A stretch of 64,000 bases of DNA from an uncultured bacterium. Its GTDB lineage: Bacteria; Margulisbacteria; WOR-1; CAVSGV01. The position numbers and the translations under genes are program-made. The notes under the pieces were generated by a model, which saw only the letters and a list, made by a program, of their open reading frames with translations, was not told the DNA's origin and did not search any database. This document shows, in pieces, positions 58,673 to 64,000 of this stretch. Within the stretch, counting starts at the first letter, position 1. Every line of letters starts with the position of its first letter. The stretch spans positions 170,956 to 234,955 of the forward strand of contig CAVSGV010000006.1 in assembly GCA_963727815.1 (NCBI GenBank), in the 5' to 3' direction.

Positions 58673-59491
58673 TCAATGCCCTTCTTGCGTTGCGACCTGC
58701 GCCTGGCTTACCGTTATCCTGACGGAAGACCCGACGGATATTTCCTCTTCCCAGGCAGGCTCCTGTCTCATTACTATACCGGGCCCTACAATGTCGGTTT
58801 CCTGATATTCGATCTTCCCGATGTTCAGCCTTGAATCTTCAAGCAGGTTTTGCGCGTCCTTCAGAGGTTTGCCGATAAGGTAAGGCATCTTCACGACGCC
58901 GAATTTCGGGTTATTCGCAATGTAGAGGTCGATCCTGCTGCCCGCGTCATACTGGACCTCGGGCGAAGGCACCTGGTTGATTATTATTCCAGTCTGGTAC
59001 CTGTCGGTCTCGACTTCGAAGGTAGTTCCGAGCCTGAACCCGGCGTCCGACAAAAGCGTATCTATCTGCGAAAAGGGCCGGCCTATCAGGCTGGGCACGG
59101 GCACTTTCCTCTGACCGGTGGATACGGTAAGGTTAACGATCCTTCCGTATTTCACGGTTTTCCCTTTTTTCGGCTGCTGCTCAACAACGCGGCCCTCGCC
59201 TACTGACGGATCAAAAGTCCTGTTGCTTATCCTGGGCTTAAGGCCGGTGTCCTTCAGTATCGAAAAGGCCTCGGTGGTCGAATGCCAGGTAACGTCGGGC
59301 ACGATCACTTCCCTTGCCGGGAAAAGATAAAAGACAAGGAAATAACCGACCAGCAAAGGAGATACGATTATCAGGAAGATGGTCGTTATGACCGACTTCG
59401 GCGACGGCAGCTTTAGCACATAGACCAGATACCCCGAAATGAGGAGCACCAGGAGCACAAAGCTGAAATATAGGGTCAATAATTTTATCAC
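58673..59491 (-). CDS. membrane-anchored PASTA-repeat protein (3 PASTA domains)
   Basis: N-terminal TM followed by three ~65-aa PASTA-like repeats (VPDV...G, VPSLIG..., MPYLIGKPL...). Confidence 0.65.
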   Translation of the reverse strand: MIKLLTLYFSFVLLVLLISGYLVYVLKLPSPKSVITTIFLIIVSPLLVGYFLVFYLFPAREVIVPDVTWHSTTEAFSILKDTGLKPRISNRTFDPSVGEGRVVEQQPKKGKTVKYGRIVNLTVSTGQRKVPVPSLIGRPFSQIDTLLSDAGFRLGTTFEVETDRYQTGIIINQVPSPEVQYDAGSRIDLYIANNPKFGVVKMPYLIGKPLKDAQNLLEDSRLNIGKIEYQETDIVGPGIVMRQEPAWEEEISVGSSVRITVSQAQVATQEGH

Positions 59492-59497
59492 TTGAAG

Positions 59498-60529
59498 CTA
59501 CCTCTCACTAATAAAATTTAAGATAAAAGCATACCAGAGACCGGCGGCGATGGCAATAAGGATAAATAAGAAAGCGAACCTCATTCTGCGCCGCCTCCGC
59601 CTCGGGCCGGCTTTCTTTGCCGCCCTGATATTCTCTTTCGGCCGGGATTCTTCCTCGTAAACAATGGGTTCAACTTCCTCTTCATATATGAGATTTACAA
59701 ATTCCTGGTTCGGCAGCTGGAACGCCAGTCTCTGCTTTTCCAGGCTCTCGAGCGCGTCCGAAGCCTTGTTTATCCTCTGCAGCGGGTCTTTCTCCAGCAT
59801 CTTCATTACTATGTTGTCTATGTACTGCGGCACTTCGCTGTTGATGTGCGATGGAGGCATCACGTCGTCGGAAAGGTGCTTGAGTGCGACGTCCAGCCCG
59901 CCCTCCCCTTCGAACGGCAGCGTCCCGGTAAGGAGCTGATAAAAAACTATTCCGGTGGAATAAACATCGGACGCCGTATTGATGGGTTCGCCTTTTATCT
60001 GTTCCGGCGACATATATGTTGAATCCACCGTGGCCGCCGCCGCCAGCAATCCCGGATTTATGCGGACAGCAGGCTCCAGGATAAAATCGGTGACCTTCAC
60101 TTCCTTGCCGCCGATGAGAAAAAGATTCCTGGAGCTTATCGCGCCGTGAAGAAGGTTGTCCTTGTGAGCGGTATCAAGCGCGCTCAGGACCTGCTTGATG
60201 ATGAATATGGCGTCGTCAACGCCAGGGTTTCCCTTCGCGAGGAATTCCTCAAAACTTTCGCCTTCGACGAATTCGCGGACGAAATAAAACCCCTGCCAGC
60301 CGTAGTCGCCGTCGATGACCCTGGCGATGTTGGGATGGTCAAGGCTGACTATCTTCGTCACTTTGGGGCGCAGCTTGTTTATCAGCGGGCTGTTCAGAGC
60401 GGCTCTCTTGTAGATCTTTATCACTACGGGGACTTCGGTGCCTATCAGATATCCCTTATAGGTGAAAGAGAAGGGATTCTCGCCTATCTGTTCTCCTATC
60501 CTGTACCTGCTCTTTAGGAATCTTTCCAT
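59498..60529 (-). CDS. PknB-like Hanks-type pseudokinase with C-terminal TM anchor
   Basis: Kinase fold with the VAIK-like Lys retained (VVIKIYK). The catalytic loop reads HGAISSRN instead of HRDxKxxN, DFI replaces DFG, and the Gly-loop is degenerate. A poly-Arg juxtamembrane segment and a TM helix follow. Confidence 0.7.
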   Translation of the reverse strand: MERFLKSRYRIGEQIGENPFSFTYKGYLIGTEVPVVIKIYKRAALNSPLINKLRPKVTKIVSLDHPNIARVIDGDYGWQGFYFVREFVEGESFEEFLAKGNPGVDDAIFIIKQVLSALDTAHKDNLLHGAISSRNLFLIGGKEVKVTDFILEPAVRINPGLLAAAATVDSTYMSPEQIKGEPINTASDVYSTGIVFYQLLTGTLPFEGEGGLDVALKHLSDDVMPPSHINSEVPQYIDNIVMKMLEKDPLQRINKASDALESLEKQRLAFQLPNQEFVNLIYEEEVEPIVYEEESRPKENIRAAKKAGPRRRRRRMRFAFLFILIAIAAGLWYAFILNFISER

Positions 60530-60747
60530 TTTTCCTTATTGAAGACTTCATTGATCCATTTAAGGGCGCCTTCGGCCTTCGAGACGCCCTGATGCACTTC
60601 CGCGACCTTCACGTCATTGCCCATCGCGCGCAGGAAAGCCAACTTTCCCGCTTCCGTCTTTATTTCCTTCAGACGTTTTAGGCGCTCCTTATCTATCTCC
60701 TCGGGAAGTATCGGAAATCCGGGACCTATTCCTTTTATGTCGATCAT
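60514..60747 (-). CDS. hypothetical 77-aa protein
   Basis: Small ORF co-directional with and overlapping the pseudokinase gene start. Confidence 0.35.
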   Translation of the reverse strand: MIDIKGIGPGFPILPEEIDKERLKRLKEIKTEAGKLAFLRAMGNDVKVAEVHQGVSKAEGALKWINEVFNKEKWKDS

Positions 60748-61097
60748 GTCTGTATCCCTCCGGCAACTATGGTAACGAGGTCGTCCACGTCGGCATGTTC
60801 GAAGAAATAATTGATTATTTTCCTTACGGCCTGAATGTCCGCCGCTTCGCCCGGTCTCTTATCCACAACGACGGTCTTTTTCTTTGCGTTGAACTCATAG
60901 ACCATGAACGGCGTATTGGCGGACCTCTGGTAGACTATGACCCACAGGTCGTCGTCTATGCCTATCGCGACCTTGGAACCGTCGGGAAGCGTCAGTTTTT
61001 CGTTCCTGAATGCCACTGTCCCGGAGAATTCCCTGTCCACAAGGCTTACATTAGAAAGATTTTGGCTTATCGTAGGCATATTGACATTCAAAATCAT
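60744..61097 (-). CDS. hypothetical 117-aa protein
   Basis: First gene of the operon leading into the pseudokinase. No known domain. Confidence 0.4.
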   Translation of the reverse strand: MILNVNMPTISQNLSNVSLVDREFSGTVAFRNEKLTLPDGSKVAIGIDDDLWVIVYQRSANTPFMVYEFNAKKKTVVVDKRPGEAADIQAVRKIINYFFEHADVDDLVTIVAGGIQT

Positions 61098-61132
61098 AAC
61101 TGAAATTTTTTGTAAAATCCATCGATATATAT

Positions 61133-61387
61133 ATGTCAGGAGATCGGGACATCAGGGGGATGTTTAAAATGGGGAACCAGGATCAGGTTAAAATAGCCGA
61201 AGTAATAAATCAGTGTATCATAAACAAATATCTGAAGAACATATCGTCCGTGAAATCGCGGCTGATAAAATTATATTCGGTAATGCCGTTCACCGGCGCG
61301 CCGAACGTCAGCGACGCCCAGAAATTCGCCATGATTGAGGACCTGGCCCAGTTCCTTAATAATACCTACGTCTCGCCCAATAACTGA
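61133..61387 (+). CDS. hypothetical small protein
   Basis: 84-aa ORF with no similarity. Confidence 0.3.
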   Translation: MSGDRDIRGMFKMGNQDQVKIAEVINQCIINKYLKNISSVKSRLIKLYSVMPFTGAPNVSDAQKFAMIEDLAQFLNNTYVSPNN

Positions 61388-61439
61388 TTTTTCCCGCGGG
61401 TTAACTCGCTTTTACTTATTGATTATACTCTAAAGCGTA

Positions 61440-62312
61440 ATGGCGCAAATAAACGGCTCAACAGAACTGACGGGCATCATAGGCTATCCGATAACTCACA
61501 GCGTCTCACCGCAGATGCACAACGCCGCGTATGAGAAACTGGGATTGAATTTTTGCTATGTCCCTTTGTCGATCAAGCCCAACAATATTGATAAGGCGCT
61601 CGAAGGCATAAGGATGCTGGGTTTTGTCGGCGTTAACGTCACCATTCCTCACAAAGAAGTGATCATTCCCCATCTGGATGAAGTTACAAAGCTGGCGCGT
61701 CTTATCGGCGCCGCAAATGTGATACTTAACCAGGAGGGACATCTTGTCGGCTACAACACGGACGGACCGGGGTTCATCGATTCGCTCACTGAGGACGCGG
61801 GTTTCAATGTTAAGGGAAAAAGGGCCGTCGTTCTCGGCGCGGGCGGCGCGGCAAAGGCCGTCGCTCTTATGCTGGCCCAGGACAAGATAAAGACGCTCGT
61901 GATATCAGATGTGATATACGACAAGGCCAAAACGTTATGCGAATATATCAGCTCGCATTTCGAGATAGCCCCCTATGCCTGCCCCGCGAACAGCAAGGAG
62001 CTGAAAAAAAGCGTCGCGGAATGCGATCTTCTTGTCAACGCAACTCCGCTGGGCACGTATCCAAAAGTGAATGGCTGCCCCATAGACGAGACTTATGATA
62101 TTCCGTCCGGCGCGATAGTTTATGATCTCGTATATAATCCTCTCGAGACGAAATTGCTGAAGCTGGCCAAGTCAAAAGGAGCAAAGCCCGTCTCAGGCCT
62201 GGGCATGCTGATAAGGCAGGGCGCGCTGGCTTTCTCTCTTTTCACCGAAGAGGAAGCGCCAATTAAGATAATGAAAGAAGCCGCTCTGGCAGCCCTCAAG
62301 TCTTATAAGTAG
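61440..62312 (+). CDS. aroE: shikimate dehydrogenase
   Basis: GIIGYPITHSVSP...GYNTDG...GAGGAAKA. Confidence 0.9.
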   Translation: MAQINGSTELTGIIGYPITHSVSPQMHNAAYEKLGLNFCYVPLSIKPNNIDKALEGIRMLGFVGVNVTIPHKEVIIPHLDEVTKLARLIGAANVILNQEGHLVGYNTDGPGFIDSLTEDAGFNVKGKRAVVLGAGGAAKAVALMLAQDKIKTLVISDVIYDKAKTLCEYISSHFEIAPYACPANSKELKKSVAECDLLVNATPLGTYPKVNGCPIDETYDIPSGAIVYDLVYNPLETKLLKLAKSKGAKPVSGLGMLIRQGALAFSLFTEEEAPIKIMKEAALAALKSYK

Positions 62313-62395
62313 TCGAAACAAACAGCATCTGTAGCTTCCCCGGTCATGATATAGCGCTCTTTTCACATATTCGACATGGATATCAGGCAGGATAA

Positions 62396-63454
62396 TTGCT
62401 GGCTATTATATCGATGGAAGCAAAATTCAACAATGGCGCGGTCCCACTGCTCAATGATCTGATGGAAAAGGCTGCCACCCTTGAGGCAAGCGATATCCAT
62501 ATCGAGCCGAACGCGTTCAATGTGAGGGTCCGATACCGAGTTGACGGCCTTCTGATGAACGGCCTCAGCATCCACCGTTCAATGCATCAGCAGTTGATAT
62601 CAAGGATAAAGATCATTGCAGGCCTGGACATATCGGAACAAAGACTGCCTCAGGACGGAAGGTCGTTCATAAAGGTCGGATCAAAAGAATATGACCTGCG
62701 CGTCTCGGTAGTGCCGACGTTCCACGGAGAAAAGGCCGTAATAAGGCTTCTGGAGAAGAACAAAATGGCGCTTCCGCTAAGCGAGCTTGGCATGGCGGAA
62801 GAGGACCTTGAATATTTCGAGAGGTCCATCGAGAGGCCGCAGGGAATGATAATAGTATGCGGACCCACCGGCTGCGGCAAGACCACCACGTTGTATTCAT
62901 CGCTTGAGAAGATCAACAGGGAAACCATCAACATAGTGACAATAGAAGATCCCGTCGAATATCAGCTGAACGGCATAAATCAGATGCATGTCAATCAAAA
63001 GACCGGCCTGACGTTCGCGAAAGGCCTGAGGGGAATACTGCGCCAGGACCCTGACGTGATAATGGTCGGAGAAATAAGGGACTTTGAGACAGCGCAGATA
63101 GCTGTCCAGGCAGCAATGACCGGTCATCTCGTATTCTCCACGCTTCACACGAATGACGCGGCCGGAGCTGAATGCCGCCTGAAAGACATGGGCGTTGATC
63201 CATATCTGATATCGAGCACCGTTAATTGCGTCGTCTCACAGAGACTTGTTAGAAAGCTTTGCGCGAATTGCGGCGGGCGAGGCTGCAGGACCTGTGGGAA
63301 TGCGGGGTATAAAGGCAGGACGGGAGTTTTTGAAGTGTTGAAGCTGAAGCCGCGGTCATCAGCATTCAAGTCATTGAAGGATCACGCAGAGGAAATGGTA
63401 AAAGCCGGCGTGACATCGGCGGAAGAGGTTGCGAGGAGCGTGTATGTGGAATAG
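62396..63454 (+). CDS. type II secretion / type IV pilus assembly ATPase (GspE/PilB family, ATPase domain only)
   Basis: Walker A GPTGCGKTTT, Asp box, His box and a tetracysteine motif (CANCGGRGCRTCGNAGY). Confidence 0.85.
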   Translation: MLAIISMEAKFNNGAVPLLNDLMEKAATLEASDIHIEPNAFNVRVRYRVDGLLMNGLSIHRSMHQQLISRIKIIAGLDISEQRLPQDGRSFIKVGSKEYDLRVSVVPTFHGEKAVIRLLEKNKMALPLSELGMAEEDLEYFERSIERPQGMIIVCGPTGCGKTTTLYSSLEKINRETINIVTIEDPVEYQLNGINQMHVNQKTGLTFAKGLRGILRQDPDVIMVGEIRDFETAQIAVQAAMTGHLVFSTLHTNDAAGAECRLKDMGVDPYLISSTVNCVVSQRLVRKLCANCGGRGCRTCGNAGYKGRTGVFEVLKLKPRSSAFKSLKDHAEEMVKAGVTSAEEVARSVYVE

Positions 63455-63516
63455 TCGATCTGCGAACCGATAGACAGGGGTTCCACTCTCGAGTCCCATA
63501 ATGTATAATTCCAAGC

Positions 63517-64000
63517 ATGATCATATTCCAACTAATCCATACGCTGATATTTTACTGCATCGCCGTAATTACTTTTTTCATCGGCACGGCGATAACGATC
63601 CCGTTCGCGATATTCTCAAAGGAACACGATAAGCCCTTCCACTCCGCCGCGCGGATCTGGGCAAGGATGCTCATGTTCCTTACTGGATCGAAGGTCACCA
63701 TCAACGGCATTCAGAACGTCCCGGAAAAGGGCGGATTGATCTTCGCGTCGAACCATCAGGGAGCATTTGATATCCTTATCCATCTTGCTTACCTGCCCAG
63801 GCATTTCCGTTTTGTGGCGAAGAGCGAACTGTTCGACATCCCGATATTCGGCTGGTACATGAAGGTCGCCGGATACGTTCCCATCGAACGCGACGTAAGC
63901 ACGAGCGCGCACAGAACGATTGGAACGGCATCAGACATGCTCTCAAAAGGAGAATGCATATTGATATTCCCGGAGGGGACGAGATCGAAGACGGGAGAGC
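63517..64000 (+). CDS. plsC: 1-acyl-sn-glycerol-3-phosphate acyltransferase (partial, runs off window end)
   Basis: NHQGAFD (HX4D motif), FVAKSEL and FPEGTRS acyltransferase motifs. Confidence 0.8.
   Translation, partial: MIIFQLIHTLIFYCIAVITFFIGTAITIPFAIFSKEHDKPFHSAARIWARMLMFLTGSKVTINGIQNVPEKGGLIFASNHQGAFDILIHLAYLPRHFRFVAKSELFDIPIFGWYMKVAGYVPIERDVSTSAHRTIGTASDMLSKGECILIFPEGTRSKTGE

Noticed and set aside
1-64000. tRNA, rRNA or other canonical ncRNA genes
   Set aside because: No cloverleaf-compatible or rRNA-like segments were recognised by eye in the intergenic gaps. This is not excluded without a proper scan.

Overview
This 64 kb window is a bacterial chromosomal segment of about 50 % GC, densely coded on both strands. 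Conserved housekeeping genes alternate with low-GC accessory islands of 33-42 % GC.

Housekeeping genes recognised by conserved motifs:
- Translation and RNA: thrS-infC-rpmI-rplT, ychF, rnc, miaA, rlmD.
- Amino acid and cofactor synthesis: panC, aroA, tyrA, aroE, pyrC, leuC, leuD, an IDH/IPMDH-family dehydrogenase, a carB second-half gene, ribD, rpe.
- DNA metabolism: topA, mutL.
- Other: plsC (partial).

Envelope and secretion genes:
- A Wza-like exporter (partial, at the left edge), CtpA and an EnvC-like M23 peptidase.
- An Arn-like set: a GT2 polyprenol-phosphate glycosyltransferase, a small SMR/ArnE-like protein and a GT39 ArnT-like transferase.
- A gspHIJK-like minor pseudopilin operon, a secretin and a GspE-like ATPase.
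- A PASTA-domain protein next to a PknB-like pseudokinase.

Metal-related genes: znuAB, three putative outer-membrane barrels, cbiM plus a PDGLE protein, nikR and ACR3 (arsenite efflux).

Mobile and repetitive DNA:
- A RAYT-like and an IS200-like Y1 transposase gene.
- Five REP hairpins: a tnpA-less inverted doublet at 9.2 kb, a pair bracketing the IS200 tnpA at 32.3-32.75 kb, and a solo copy at 54.5 kb.
- Three copies of a second palindromic element of about 75 bp (18.1, 37.0 and 54.8 kb).
- An 18-bp minisatellite, and a 7-bp tandem repeat inside mutL.

Orphan genes with no recognisable domains:
- A three-gene operon at 39.3-41.9 kb.
- A 465-aa protein at 24.4-25.8 kb.
- A LysM cassette flanked by direct repeats with an orphan HicB-like gene at 3.9-5.8 kb.
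- A TraB/GumN plus membrane-protein island at 12.2-14.5 kb.

At least five otherwise intact genes carry single-nucleotide frameshifts (mutL, a NUDIX hydrolase, an outer-membrane-protein paralog, a PHP phosphoesterase, and the secretin/IS200 junction). Most sit at short homopolymers, which points to indel sequencing errors, though genuine genome decay cannot be excluded. No rRNA, tRNA or CRISPR array was recognised by eye.
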